Translations under genes and position numbers: made by a program
The notes under the pieces: model-generated
What the model was told of the DNA's origin: nothing
Database searches by the model: none
Seen by the model: only the letters and a program-made list of their open reading frames with translations
From: Eledone cirrhosa
Taxonomy: Eukaryota
Length of the DNA: 64,000 nt
Assembly: GCA_964016885.1 (NCBI GenBank)
Contig: OZ024756.1
Span: 15,624,001-15,688,000 of the forward strand
Direction of reading: 5' to 3'
In this document: one piece after another, positions 14,013 to 28,733 of the stretch
Layout: the number at the start of each line of letters is the position of its first letter
Numbering within the stretch: the first letter of the stretch is position 1

Positions 14013-15262
14013 CACTACTACTATTACTACTATTACTACTACTACCACTACTACTATTACTACTATTACTACTACTACTACTACTACCACTACTACTATT
14101 ACTACTATTACTACTACTACTACTACTTTGACTAATACTACAGCAACATTTACTGAAATATCAACAACAACAAAGACCACCTGGTCATATGAAAGACACA
14201 CTTTGTTAAATGTTTCCTCCTACTTTCCTGTCCCTACCAGTACATACCCTGCCCCCCCCCCCCTGCCCCCAATTAAATACCCTGCCCCCCACCACTAAAC
14301 ACCCTGCCCCCCCACCACTAATTACCCAGACACTACACCACCACCACCACCCAAATAACAACATCACCGAAACTAAGACCAGGGATATCTACAAAAAACC
14401 TTTTCCAACACACAACAATACTGGCATCTACATACAACACTCACAACACCACTACATGACTCACAACACCCACAACACCTCTACAACACACACAACACCA
14501 CTACATGACTCACAACACCCACAACACCACTACAACACTCACAACACCACTACATGACTCACAACACCCACAACACCACTACAACACTCACAACACCACT
14601 ACATGACTCACAACACCCACAACACCTCTACAACACACACAACACCTCTACAACACACACAACACCACTACATGACTCACAACACCCACAACACCTCTAC
14701 AACACACACAACACACACACAACACCTCTACAACACACACAACACCACTACAACACTCACAACGCCACTACAATACACACAACACCTCTACAACACACAC
14801 AACACCACTACAACACTCACAACGCCACTACAACACACACAACACCTCTACAACACACACAACACACACAACACCTCTACAACACACACAACACCACTAC
14901 AACACACACAACACCTCTACAACACACACAACACCACTACAACACTCACAACGCCACTACAATACACACAACACCTCTACAACACGCACAACACCACTAC
15001 AACACACACAACACCACTACAACACTCACAACACCACTACAACACTCACAACACCACTACAATACACAACACATCTCTACAACACACACAACACACACAA
15101 CACCACTACAACACTCACAACACCACTACAATACACAACACATCTCTACAACACACACAACACCTCTACAACAAACACAACACACACAACACCACTACAA
15201 CACTCACAACACCACTACAACACACACAACACCTCTACAACACTCACAACACACAAAACAAA
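13630..15262. repeat. (CAA)n and (TAC/TAT)n microsatellites plus a C/A-rich minisatellite of about 20 bp (14430-15262)
   Basis: Direct inspection. Unit variants of CACAACACCACTACAACACT. Confidence 0.9.
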
Positions 15263-15422
15263 CACACATGATAACAGTATTGAGTGCTGCACACAACACA
15301 CGCAGCACACAACACGACAGAGTAAAACCGTTGCAATGGAGTCGAAATATACAGAGATCAATGACAGGTACAACATTGTGGAAGAAACAACAAAAGTGTA
15401 CACACACATTTAGAGCAATCAC

Positions 15423-15600
15423 ACAGGTTTATGGCTTAGTGGTTACAGTGTTGGGCTTGCAATCGTGAAGTTATGAGTTCGATCTCTGATGAAAACACTT
15501 CATTTCACGTTGCTCCAGTTCACTCAGCTATAGCAATAAGTTGTGACGTCACTAGTGTCAAGCTGTATCGGCCATTGCCTTTCTTTTAGACAACGTCATA
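15423..15600 (+). mobile_element. tRNA-derived SINE (family B)
   Basis: A-box-like TGGCTTAGTGG, B-box-like AGTTCGATCTC and body AAAACACTTCATTTCACGTTGCTCCAGT. Confidence 0.65.
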
Positions 15601-15621
15601 TATAGCGTATCTATATTATAT

Positions 15622-15808
15622 TGGATTGGCAGTATCGGTAGAGGATCGGGCGCCATGCTTTGAAGCATAGAGTTACCTCCCTTTATGATCTGAGTTCAAA
15701 TCCCGCCGAGGTTAACTTTGCCTTTCATCCTTACGGGGTCGATAAAATAAAGTACCAGTAATGCACTGGGATAATTGCTGGCCTTGTGCCAAAAGTAGAA
15801 ACAATTAT
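15622..15808 (+). mobile_element. SINE family A, near full length
   Basis: A-box-like TGGCAGTATCGG, B box GAGTTCAAATCCC and the same body as the 488-1198 array. Inverted fragments lie at 15829-15884 and 16408-16553. Confidence 0.8.
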
Positions 15809-16200
15809 ATATAATGTAAATGATATTAATTGTTTCTACTATTGGCACAAGACCAGCAATTACCCAGTACATTACTGGTACTTTGTAAATGATATTAATA
15901 AATGGAAACTATATTTATAAAACCATATTTATTCTATTATATGAAAAAGAACACAAGAGCGTCTACAACATCAAAAGATTTTTATTGGCTTACAATGTTT
16001 CTTCCTTACGTAACCGTAGGATTCGTCAGAGCTATAAAAGGGGTTTGATTGGTATGCTGCCAATACCTTAATGGGACACGGGTATACAATACCTAACTCC
16101 TATTAACCTAAGTATTTATTCTATTATATATATTTCAAGTTTTACTTGAACCGTTAAGGTCTCACTCCTGGATATGTTAATATTTATAAAACAAGCTCTG

Positions 16201-16261
16201 TATTTTATCTGATGAGAGCGTACCAAAGTTTTGGTACCCTTGAAATATATATAATAGAATA
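16201..16261 (+). ncRNA. Type I hammerhead ribozyme motif (family H3)
   Basis: TATTTTAT-CTGATGA-GAGCGTACCAAAGTTTTGGTACCCTT-GAA-ATATATAT-A-ATAGAATA. Stem II includes GTACCAA/TTGGTAC. Confidence 0.85.
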
Positions 16262-17177
16262 AATATGCTTTTATAAATATAGTTTCCATTTATTAATATC
16301 ATTGATATTATACTCCAGAAAAAACTGTTGAGTGCTTCGAATCTGTTATAAATATATATATATTTTTGTTGAATTGCCAACAAATTAAATATCCCTTTGC
16401 TTATATATAATTGTTTCTACTTTAGGCACAAGGCCAGCAATAATCCAGTGCATTACTGGTACTTTATTTTATCGACCCCGTAAGGATGAAAGGCAAAGTC
16501 AACCTCGGCGGGATTTGAACTCAGATCGTAAAGGGACGTAACTATGCTGGAAAGATATAATGTATATATATTGTGTATATATGAAGTGACAGGTGTCAAG
16601 CTGATTCGGCCATTGCCTTTCCCTTGGACATCATCGGTGGCGTGGAGAGTGGAGACTGGTATATATGGGCGACTGCTGGTCTTCCACAAACAACCTTACC
16701 CGGACTTGTACCTCGGAGGAGAAGTTTCTAGCAGCAAATCTAGGGTCATTCGTGACTGAAGGGTTTTTTTTTTTACCCTTTACAGGTATCACATATGCAG
16801 ACACACACACGTACATGTTCACAAGAACGTACGCAAAACACACACACACATACACACAAAAAACATAAGCACACGCGCATACAGACACACATTACACACA
16901 TTACAAATAATCACTCCAAACACAGACACACACAGCGCACATATATAACATACACACAACCAACACCATACATAAACATATAAAGAAACGACAACACACA
17001 TGCACCGCCATATCTTAACCAACAAAGAAACCTTTACACAGGACTTGGGAGGGCCTTTTTATTATCCGAATTGCACGTGCACTAATGGCTGTGGGGTGGA
17101 GTGGCGGTTGAGAAAAATAATGAATCTTTCATTTTTAAAAATCATATGTTATTTATATTAAATTACTGTATATATAC

Positions 17178-17221
<44 letters not shown>

Positions 17222-17236
17222 GCACATATATTATAT

Positions 17237-17358
<122 letters not shown>

Positions 17359-17447
17359 ATCAAAAGATGGTTAAAGGGGTTCCATGTATTTTATTATGCG
17401 CATTTCAAAAACAAACATCATCATGCAATAATATTTGTGTTTTCATC

Positions 17448-17505
<58 letters not shown>

Positions 17506-17612
17506 GTGTATACGAGTGCACACACAAACACGCGCGCGCACGCACGCACGGACACACACACACACATATACACACACATATAAATCAATATGGATACAGA
17601 TAAATTGTTTAG

Positions 17613-17783
17613 ACCGTTACTCACCAGAGTACTCGATACTTGTGGTAGTAGAGTATGATTATATGAAAGACTCGGGACCCCGACGGCTGAGCTCTTGCCG
17701 TTTCAACAGCTAGTTCCAGACGTTTGGAACTAGCTGTTGAAACGGCAAGAGCTCAGCCGTCGGGGTCTCGACTCTTTCATATA
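17613..17783 (-). mobile_element. Divergent family P PLE terminal fragment with fold-back palindrome
   Basis: Arms GACCCCGACGGCTGAGCTCTTGCCGTTTCAACAGCTAGTTCCA and its reverse complement, centred near 17721. Confidence 0.65.
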
Positions 17784-17903
17784 AATATATATATATATAT
17801 TAGCGGCCGATGGCAACTTCTTTTTCCATCTTTAAAGGATCTTCCATCTGTTTTATAAGCTCTTTTATAGAATCACCGCACATGAGCACATAATTCTTTA
17901 TAT

Positions 17904-17941
<38 letters not shown>

Positions 17942-18645
17942 TTATATGTGCTGGAAGATTTTTATGGATATTTAAATACCTGCCAGAATCCACCGCGTTT
18001 TAAGTATCATTTTTTTTTCGGCAGTACTAAGGCCACATCTCTCTACTATTTAAAATAAATCTTACATATCTCAATGTATTTTCTAGGTCTCCTTTTTAAG
18101 GTCCAGATGTCCTTCCTTGGTCTATAATAGAGATGATATAACAGTACATTAAATATTAAATGCTACATAATATATATATATATAGTAAAATAAAAAATAT
18201 ATAATATTAAGTTATACATAGTATGTATTGTATTATTATATATAATTTAACGATTTTATTTATTATATATTATTTACAATTTGCGTGTAGGCAGGTCTCT
18301 CTGGAAATAGGGGTGGTGACTGTGAAGGGGGTGGTGGCCCCAAAAGTTTGAGAACCTCTGTACTACGCCTACTCATGCACACAGATACACACATTTCTAC
18401 ACATATAGCCACACACACACATACATACACCCACACTCCGACACATATAAGCACACACACACACTCACACACATGCACCACCACACACACATATATAGGC
18501 CCACACACACTCCTACACATATAAACACACACATTCTCACACAAACAGCCCCACAGATACTCCCATAGAAGATCTCACGTGTTGCCATTCTCAATTTTCA
18601 GTAACACAAAAGCTGGATGACATCAGAAACTTTAGATTCATTTAT

Positions 18646-18684
<39 letters not shown>

Positions 18685-18693
18685 ATCTATCTA

Positions 18694-18777
<84 letters not shown>

Positions 18778-18788
18778 CCATTCCTCTC

Positions 18789-18861
<73 letters not shown>

Positions 18862-19189
18862 GGGTGTCCCCCCAAAAATGTATACATACTTTGATTAGAA
18901 GGCTGTTGAAGTGTGTTTATATTTTTTGGACACCCTGTGTGTTTTTATATATATATATGTGTGTGTGTGTGTATGTGAGTGTGACTGTGTGACTGTGTGT
19001 GTGTGTGTGTGAGTGTATGTGTGTGTGTGAGTGTGTGACTGTGTGTGTGTGTGTGAGTGGATGTGTGTGTGAGTGTGTGTGTATGTGTGTGTGAGAGAGA
19101 GTGTGTGTTCCTCTCTCCCTCTCTCTCTATATCTCTCTCTACCACATGGATAGAAATCGTATTTCTATCAGCATTCCCACCATTACTAT

Positions 19190-19225
19190 TGCTATTGTTG
19201 TTGTTGTTGTTGATTGTAGTGTTGG

Positions 19226-19281
<56 letters not shown>

Positions 19282-20158
19282 GCAGCTGTTGTTGCTGCAG
19301 CTGTTGTGTTGCTGTTGCTGTTGTTGTTGTTGCTGTTGCTGTTGTTGTTGTTGCTGTTGTTGCTGCTGTTGTGTTGCTGTTGTTGTTGTTGTTGCTTTTG
19401 CTGTTGCTGTTGTTGCTGTTGTTGATGCTGCAGTTGTTGTTGTTGCTGTTGTTGTTTCTGTTGTTGCTGTTGTGTCGTTGCTTTTGCTGTTGCTGTTGTT
19501 GCTGTTGTTGATGCTGCAGTTGTTGTTGCTGTTGTTGTTTCTGTTGTTGCTGTTGTGTTGTTGCTGTTGCTGTTGTTGTTGTTGCTGTTGTTGCTGCTGT
19601 TGTGTTGCTGTTGTTGTTGTTGTTGCTTTTGCTGTTGCTGTTGTTGCTGTTGTTGATGCTGCAGTTGTTGTTGTTGCTGTTGTTGTTTCTGTTGTTGCTG
19701 TTGTGTCGTTGCTTTTGCTGTTGCTGTTGTTGCTGTTGTTGATGCTGCAGTTGTTGTTGCTGTTGTTGTTTCTGTTGTTGCTGTTGTGTTGTTGCTGTTG
19801 CTGTTGTTGTTGTTGCTGTTGTTGCTGCTGTTGTTGCTGTTGTGTTGCTGTTGCTGTTGTTGTTGTTGCTGTTGTTGCTGCTGTTGTGTTGCTGTTGCTG
19901 TTGTTGTTGTTGTTGTTGTTGTTGCTTTTGCTGCTGCTGTTGTTGCTGTTGTTGCTGTTGTTGTTGCTGTTGTTGCTGTTGTGTTGCTGTTGTTGTTGTT
20001 GTTGCTGTTGTTGCTGCTGTTGTGTTGCTGTTGCTGTTGTTGCTGCTGTTGTTGTTGTTGCTGTTGCTGTTGTTGTTGTTGCTGTTGTTGCTGCTGTTGT
20101 TGCTGTTGTGTTGCTGTTGCTGTTGTTGTTGTTGCTGTTGTTGCTGCTGTTGTGTTGC

Positions 20159-20189
<31 letters not shown>

Positions 20190-20625
20190 GCTTTTGCTGC
20201 TGCTGTTGTTGCTGTTGTTGCTGTTGTTGTTGCTGTTGTTGCTGTTGTTGTTGCTGTTGTTGCTGTTGTGTTGCTGTTGTTGTTGTTGCTGTTGTTGCTG
20301 CTGTTGTGTTGCTGTTGCTGTTGTTGCTGCTGTTGTTGTTGTTGCTGTTGTTGTTGTTGCTTTTGCTGCTGCTGTTGTTGCTGTTGTTGCTGTTGTTGAT
20401 GCTGCAGTTGTTGTTGCTGTTGTTGCTGTTGTTGCTGTTGTTGCTGTTGTTGATGCTGCAGTTGTTGTTGCTGTTGTTGTTGCTGTTGTTGTTGCTGTTG
20501 TTGTTGCTGTTGTTGTTGCTGTTGTTGTTGCTGTTGTTGATGCTGCAGTTGTTGTTGCTGTTGTTGTTGCTGTTGTTGTTGCTGTTGTTGTTGCTGTTGT
20601 TGTTGCTGTTGTTGTTTCTGTTGTA
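19190..20625. repeat. Compound (GTT/GCT)n microsatellite with internal block duplications
   Basis: 1.4 kb of trinucleotide repeat. It produces spurious polyQ, polyL and polyC ORFs. Confidence 0.95.
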
Positions 20626-20966
20626 AACGGTTTAATGTCATTTATATTATAAAACGCTGCTTATTCTCCACTTCCTGTGTACAGATCTCTACGTCGTTTT
20701 TAATATATATCAAATATGCGAGGTGATTGTATTGTATTTAAATGCGTAGATATATACGTACATATACACATACATACATACATACATACATACATACATA
20801 CATACATACATACATACATACATGCATTCATACATACATACATACATACATACATACATACATACATACACACATACATAGATACATACATACATACATA
20901 CATACATACATACATACACACATATATACACACATACATACATACATACATACATACATACATACA

Positions 20967-21002
<36 letters not shown>

Positions 21003-21045
21003 GAGACATACACACACATATAGACATACACACATATATACATAC

Positions 21046-21108
<63 letters not shown>

Positions 21109-21323
21109 TGCATACACAGATATATATATATATAATATATATTTATGTGTGTGTGTGTATGCATCTATATGTATATATGTATGTATATATATATATATAT
21201 AATATCTATATATATATGTGTGTGTATGTCTGTATATATGGGCGAGTAGTGAGTCACGTACATTAGTAGGAGGGATCTCCCTAGGCTCTCTCCCCCCTCT
21301 CTCTCTCTCTTTCTTTCTCTTTG

Positions 21324-21380
<57 letters not shown>

Positions 21381-21499
21381 GGTAAACAGAAATAACAACA
21401 CAATCGGTACAGTATATGGAAGGTATATACTAGGTTAACGCTTGATATAGCAGGAAGAGGGTCTTAACATTTCGGACGCTATATTATATGGTGTCGAAG

Positions 21500-22647
21500 G
21501 GACAGCTTGTGTTTTTAAGGGTCTCGTGCCAAACTCTAATTTGTGGCCAGGAAAGATCAGGCAAGTAGAGAGATGACCAACGTGGACCACTAAAGGTAAC
21601 AAATGGTAGAATATATAAGATATTGTAGTGGAGCTGACTAAAAAAACTACTATATATCTGTATGGCCGCCATTTGCTGAGAAGTTTCCATCAAATGGAGA
21701 AATGCACGTCTGCATCCTTGAGTGACCATATGTGGCTTGCCAGCTTCGTGGACGATCGCTTATCAGAGTCTCTGTAGTGACCTACATTCTGATGGCTCTT
21801 GAATACATTCTCCATACGTTGTTTGGCTCAGTTCAGCCAATCGCTATCAGCGTAGGAGAAGTTATTTCAACTTCCGCCGAAAGGGAAAAATTATCGCTTC
21901 GCTTCGAAAATCTCTCTCTTTGAATCTCGTCACCAGAAGGTAAACAAATATTAACATTCATAACACAACATATATCCATATATCTACCTCTCCTATTAGC
22001 TATCATTAACCTATTAACTATCGTTAACTTATTAACTATCATTAACAACCAAAATACTCGTTCTAGATGTCTAAAGGTCGTCTGATGGTTAAGGAAGCTT
22101 TCTTTAAACCGGCCCTCCAACATACCTACTTATGCTTTGACCTCCTGTTGTTGATTCGTTCGAGTGGATGTAACTTCAACCTCATAGACGACTAAGGATG
22201 TGTTATACTGTTGTTCAGGAAGGCATCATATCGGTTTTCGGCAAGAGCATCTTGAAGGTGGAGAGCTCTTGGTGTTAGTGGGGATAGGTTTTCATATTTT
22301 TAGCACAAGAATATCCGAGTTTCACCCAGTGCCTATTAAAGATAGGTCTGTAGTTATGTCCTATAGAGAAGTGCTTGTCTAGGAGCACTAAGAATTTCTT
22401 ACCTACATAAGTTCTAATTCCAAGCGGGAAGTGTGGAAAGAACCAAGTTAACTTGTATACACAAGGCTTCATGTCACCCACCTACGGTCTTTAAAAACTT
22501 CGTCAAAAACATCAGTGCTAGGATTTCTAATCTTTCTTCTAACAAGGCCATCTTTGACAGAGCAGTACCTTACTAGAGCACTGTGTTAGCCAACAGCGGC
22601 TTCTCCGATAACATTTCTTACTCCCCTCCTAATCACACTACCAGTAG

Positions 22648-22650
<3 letters not shown>
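21500..22650 (-). mobile_element. Degenerate Penelope-like element fragment (thumb/linker and GIY-YIG), partly inverted
   Basis: Minus strand gives WFFPHFPLGIRTYVGKKFLVLLDKHF...FNRHWVKLGYSC, VVYEVEV...VGMLEGRFKESFLNHQTTF and ASHIWSLKD, all homologous to 49200-50025. Segment 22500-22650 is on the + strand. Confidence 0.75.
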
Positions 22651-22677
<27 letters not shown>

Positions 22678-22681
<4 letters not shown>

Positions 22682-22922
22682 CAGAGCCATCCTCAGCATT
22701 CTCGTGTAGCACCCATCCACCATCTGAGTGAGTTTCTTGGTCAGTGTCCAAGTCTCAGACCCATACAGCAGCACAGACTCCACTACAGCAATGAAGAAGC
22801 GTATGTTGATGCCCTAAGGACAGACACTGGTCTGTTGGAGACGCAGGACATGGCAGCAATAATGAGGGACAGAGACCGCTGGAGAGAACTCGTCCATGGA
22901 TCTCGGGAATTTTACCCGCCTT
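22678..22922. mobile_element. RTE-like LINE 3' fragment with internal inversion
   Basis: Minus strand ESVLLYGSETWTLTKK...YTRMLRMAL (22678-22785) abuts plus strand YVDALRTDTG...MRDRDRWRELV (22802-22922). Confidence 0.7.
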
Positions 22923-23064
22923 AGATATATATATATATATTAATATAATCATAATATATCATAACAATAAATCTAATATCTCCACTATCCAGGAAGCTCC
23001 AACCGTTAAGGTTGCATTTTTTTCAGGGTATGTCAATATTTATTTATAAAACTAATCTGTATTG

Positions 23065-23136
23065 TATTTTATCTGATGAAAGCTCACCATAATCTGCCTT
23101 GGTGGCCCTGGCCCTTGAAATATGTATAATAAAATA
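23065..23136 (+). ncRNA. Type I hammerhead ribozyme motif (family H3 relative)
   Basis: TATTTTAT-CTGATGA-AAG..CACCA...TGGTG..CTT-GAA-ATATGTAT-A-ATAAAATA. Flanks are homologous to 16170-16300. Confidence 0.75.
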
Positions 23137-23256
23137 AATATGGTTTTATAAATATAGTTTCCATTTGTTAATATATTGTATATATATATATATATACATT
23201 GTATATATATATATATGTATAATATAAGATCAAAAGATGGTTAAAAGAGTTCCAAG

Positions 23257-23327
23257 TATTTTATTATGCGCATTTCAAAAACAAATATCACCATGAGATA
23301 ATATCTGCGTTTTCATCAGATAAAATA
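23257..23327 (-). ncRNA. Type I hammerhead ribozyme motif (family H1), minus strand
   Basis: Reverse complement of the 4411-4481 motif with an intact core. It forms the left arm of the 23223-23556 palindrome. Confidence 0.85.
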
Positions 23328-23451
23328 GGGATACATGATATGAAGGTTAAAAAACACTTGTGAATAGTGAAGTTTTAAATCAACATATCGTTATGTTGAT
23401 TTAAAACTTCACTATTCACAAGTGTTTTTTAACCTTCATATCATGTATCCC

Positions 23452-23522
23452 TATTTTATCTGATGAAAACGCAGATATCATCTCGTGGTGATATTTGTTT
23501 TTGAAATGCGCATAATAAAATA
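23452..23522 (+). ncRNA. Type I hammerhead ribozyme motif (family H1)
   Basis: TATTTTAT-CTGATGA-stem II (loop TCGT)-GAA-ATGCGCAT-A-ATAAAATA. Confidence 0.85.
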
Positions 23523-24123
23523 CTTGGAATTCTTTTAACCATCTTTTGATCTTATATATTATTTATACTCCAGTCCTACAAACTGTAGAGTGCTACTTAT
23601 CCGATATTTGCATTGCTTTATTGTACTACAATAAAACTCACCTCCTATATATATATATACATATATATATACATATATAAACATATATATCACGGTATGG
23701 CGTTAAAATGCTGTAAGTGAATTATTCAACACCGAGTTACAGAGAACTCCCTCCCCTAATTCCAACTCCCAACCCCCACCACCAATATAGTTCTATTTGA
23801 AATACTGAACAGATTTATAGATGTGACAATACGAAACGGACTAAAGTCAAATGATATCCCAGTGGTTTAGGAAATCTAGAAATTTCAGCTCCAAAAGGTA
23901 ACATGCACAGGAGTTCATGTCTATTTATTCAATCTCCAATAACGATAAAAAAAACATATTTTATTTCAAAGATTACATCAGTATCCACACAGACAATTGT
24001 CCTAGATGTATAGGTGTATATGTATTTAAATATGCATATATATATATATATATAAATGTGTGTGTGTGTGTGTGTGTGTGCGTGTACCTATATATATATA
24101 TGTGTGTACACACACACACACAC

Positions 24124-24244
<121 letters not shown>

Positions 24245-24338
24245 GAAGTATTCTCGCTGTTTGAATTATTTCCGGTGGCTGAAAATTAAATACACACATA
24301 CACATAAACACACTAACACACACATATATGTGTGTGGT

Positions 24339-24445
<107 letters not shown>

Positions 24446-25213
24446 ATATATATTGTTATCCTTTCGGAGGTTCAGGCACAACCCAAATAAACAACAGCAC
24501 ACAACACACAAAAACAACATGCTGTAGGACAGGACAAAGGAGAGACACAAAACAACAAATTAGTCACTGAGGAGGTCACATAATGTGTGGTGAAAGAGCT
24601 TAATGTGTGGTGAAAGAGCTTTGATAATAAACAAACAACCATCTGGTTATGAAACCAAAATTGAAGTGAAAACCAACAGATGCGTATGTTTTTATTGGCA
24701 ACATGACTCTCCCAAAGTATAACAATATATTCCTTTCTCCTTTCTTCCTATTAATTCTTCGAGCCAACTCACTTCTAGCCGTTGATTTCTATCCTTTGAG
24801 GTAATATTTTACCCAACGCGGCTTCGACGGCATTTTGCTGTTTTAATAGATCCTTGCGCCGAGTTTTCCAAATATCCTACGAATTATAACAATATATGTT
24901 TCAACACACGTCACGCTTTCAGACAGAAATCTTGCAAAATAAATTCAAAAACGAAGTACATATATATACGTAATTTATATATATATATATATATACGAAA
25001 TTTATATATATATATTCAACCTGTTAGTTCTATCGTTACTTTGGTATATTGTGTGCTAGATTTTGCCTACCACAATGTTCGATCTGTCAAGCTATTTAAA
25101 CGTATGTTATTACTCTAATGACCTACCTTATCGAGTGCTTTGCTAACTCATCATTTCATATAGTAGGCCGAATTGCTTGCAAACTGCCAGAGATTCGATT
25201 TTACTAAGTATCC

Positions 25214-25311
<98 letters not shown>

Positions 25312-25701
25312 TCGGCTGAAAAGGAGGTCATATAACTGTCCATGCATTAATAAATTGCTCCGAAGAATCCAAACCTCGGTTTGGAGGAAACAGCTGTAAG
25401 CACAATAATGTTTTGAACTGTTCTTTGATTCTTATATTTCATATATATATATATATATATACGAAATGAATTGTTGAGCAAAACGCTTCATTTCACGGTC
25501 TCTTGACATATACAACCAGTACTAGCAGGGAAAACTTATGCTAATCCCGTCAACTTCTTATCCCGGTTTCATGGTGTGAATTGACTGAGAGTACAAGACT
25601 TTCCCCTGGACAGGACGCCAGTCCATGAACAGGGTTTAAATTCGCAGCTATTGCTGGTACTCAGCTGAGTATACTGGAGCAACGTGAAATGAAGTGTTTT
25701 G

Positions 25702-25771
<70 letters not shown>

Positions 25772-26400
25772 AGATATATATTTACACAAACACTCCACCA
25801 CAACTCCACAGCGCCACACCACACCACCACTCCACCACCATTTTGTGGGTTTTCATTTATGATACATGATTTATCGTGTTGTACTGGCTTTTACCTAAAG
25901 TCCTAAATCTATGCGCCATTTTTCTCCCCAATTGTTTTTCTCATTTCCCCGTTCCTTCCTCTCATCATTCTTTACTTTCTACTTCTAGCTCTATCTTCTG
26001 ATGAAGGACTAGTGTGCAAAACATTACAACTCTCTTCCTGCTATTTCAAGCGTTAAACTAATATATTTCTTCCATGTGCTGTGTCGTTTGTTTTGTTATG
26101 TTTGTATGTATGTATGTATGTTTTGTTATGTATGTATGTATGTATGTATGTATGTATGTATGTATGTATGTATGTATGTATGTATGTATGTATGTATGCA
26201 TGTATGTATATATGTATGTGTGTGTGCGTGTGTGTGTGTGCCTATATCTATATGTATATCAAATTGGAGATGGAATGAAATGATAGGAACAAGCAAACAA
26301 ACAATATCCGATCATCAACCATCTGTTCAGGGCACTGACATCCGAAGGATGTATATATGTATATATATATGTGTGTATATATATATGTATATATATATAT

Positions 26401-26479
<79 letters not shown>

Positions 26480-26496
26480 TATACATATATACATAC

Positions 26497-26556
<60 letters not shown>

Positions 26557-26797
26557 ATTGCGAAGAAAGTGAATATGATTGAAAATGTGTTTATTTTTGT
26601 TTTTGTTGTCTTCGTTTAAGTCTGTACCGAAAGTTTGAGAAATGTTTACAAAAGTCTGACAATAATACCAGTAATATACAGAAGTAAAGAGAGGGGGGTG
26701 AGATGGAAAGGAATGTATGTACGTACCTAGGTATCTAGGTATGTATTTATGAATATACATCTATATCTATCTATATTTATCTATATTTCTCTCTCTG

Positions 26798-26852
<55 letters not shown>

Positions 26853-27132
26853 GTGGATAGATAGATAGATTGATACAGAGATAGAGGAGAGAGAGACAGA
26901 TCGATAGATACAGAGTGAGACAGATATAAATAGATAGATAAACAAATCTAAAACAAAAATGGCAGTCCTTGAGCACAAGATAAATAAGCAATGAGCAGAA
27001 TATATTTTAAACAAAATATATCTCAGAAAATGAAAAAAATTAATAAAATATAACTTTCTAGAGATAAATATTTGTTTTTTCAACATCTTCCCTCCTTTTT
27101 CTTCTTCTTTTCTTACTTTTTATTTGTTGCTT

Positions 27133-27206
<74 letters not shown>

Positions 27207-27318
27207 TATGTTTTTTACGTCTACCTTGTTTTTGCTCGCATACTCTGAATTGATATATACATAAACATTTATATATATACATATATTTATATATATACAT
27301 CTATATATACATGTGTAT

Positions 27319-27366
<48 letters not shown>

Positions 27367-27424
27367 GTATGTATATACACATGTATATATAGATGTATGT
27401 ATATACACATGTATATACAAATAT

Positions 27425-28028
27425 TCAGGTCACCAGTTGGTGCTACTGGTAAGATGTATTCCAGTACAACCTGTCCCATGGTCGGGTCGTTGGCGACTAA
27501 ACTGGCAACCCCACCAAGGTTTCTTGGTGAGGAGGGTGACTTTGGACATCCTGCAGGACTAAAAACAAAACCTGTCAAAGGGCAAAGGAGCTCTTAAGAT
27601 TCAATGGCCATCCAAAATCACCGGGAGAGATGACCCTTGGCCTTTGTCAAGGCAGAATTCTAGAAGGAAAACTCTGATATAACACCTGCAACCCTGATGG
27701 TATCCAATGATGTTGACTTGTTCTTCTTTTTGGTAAATATCATCTTGGTTAAGAGAGTGGGACTGGCTTTGTGCAGTGCCTTTGCTCACTTTAAAAGCTT
27801 CATGGCACAGGCATTGCTTTATATCTGGAGATCTCTCTGCACTTGTCACATGGTACCATGGGCCCAGCACTATGTGTCAATAATTGTCACAGGTGTAGTG
27901 TTTGTACCAGAGTTTTCAAGTCGCTGGCTGGACTAAAAAGCCACACTCGTTCAGCGCATCGGTAGGGGTTCTCCTACATGGATATAAAGTAGTGGCCGTA
28001 CTCGAAAACGAGTTGGCAGCCACCACCA
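27425..28028 (+). mobile_element. Non-autonomous RTE-derived element of about 600 bp
   Basis: Four copies in the window. The 3' part encodes [22 protein letters not shown] (C2H2 finger) and ends ACTCGAAAACGAGTTGGCAGCCACCACCAT. No RT is present. Confidence 0.7.
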
Positions 28029-28079
28029 TATACAAATATATATATATGTATATATATATATATACTTATATCCCTATAT

Positions 28080-28219
<140 letters not shown>

Positions 28220-28608
28220 ATACGTGCACATATGTGTACGTGTGTTCGAATGAATTTTTAAAATGAAGCAAGTTTGAAACTTATTTACTTGTTTTGTTTG
28301 TGAAAACCTGCTAGAATTAATGTTAACTATAAATAAGTTTGGCAAACTACCCCTAAGAGACGAGAAATGTTTGGACAGAGACGCCTGCATCAATCAAGCA
28401 ATGCATCAGGCAGATGCCGGACGACGACAATAGCAAATACACTGAAGCGAACTAGATTACCTTTCACTGCCTAAATAGAAACCATAGTAGTTTATTAGAA
28501 ATGGAAATAAACAGATGATTATAAGTTCATATGGAATATATGAACTGTGGATGCATGAATGTATATTATACTCCCATGATTAGTGGTCTACTCGGTCTCA
28601 GCATCCCA

Positions 28609-28733
<125 letters not shown>

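Noticed and set aside
14554-15468. His/Thr-rich 304-aa ORF
   Set aside because: Translation of a C/A-rich minisatellite with frequent unit slippage.
15486-15500. CTGATGA motifs at 15486, 25998 and 31287
   Set aside because: No convincing stem II, GAA, stem III and stem I arrangement follows.
19139-20641. 500-aa polyQ/N/T ORF
   Set aside because: Pure trinucleotide microsatellite that is open in several frames on both strands, with no complex sequence.
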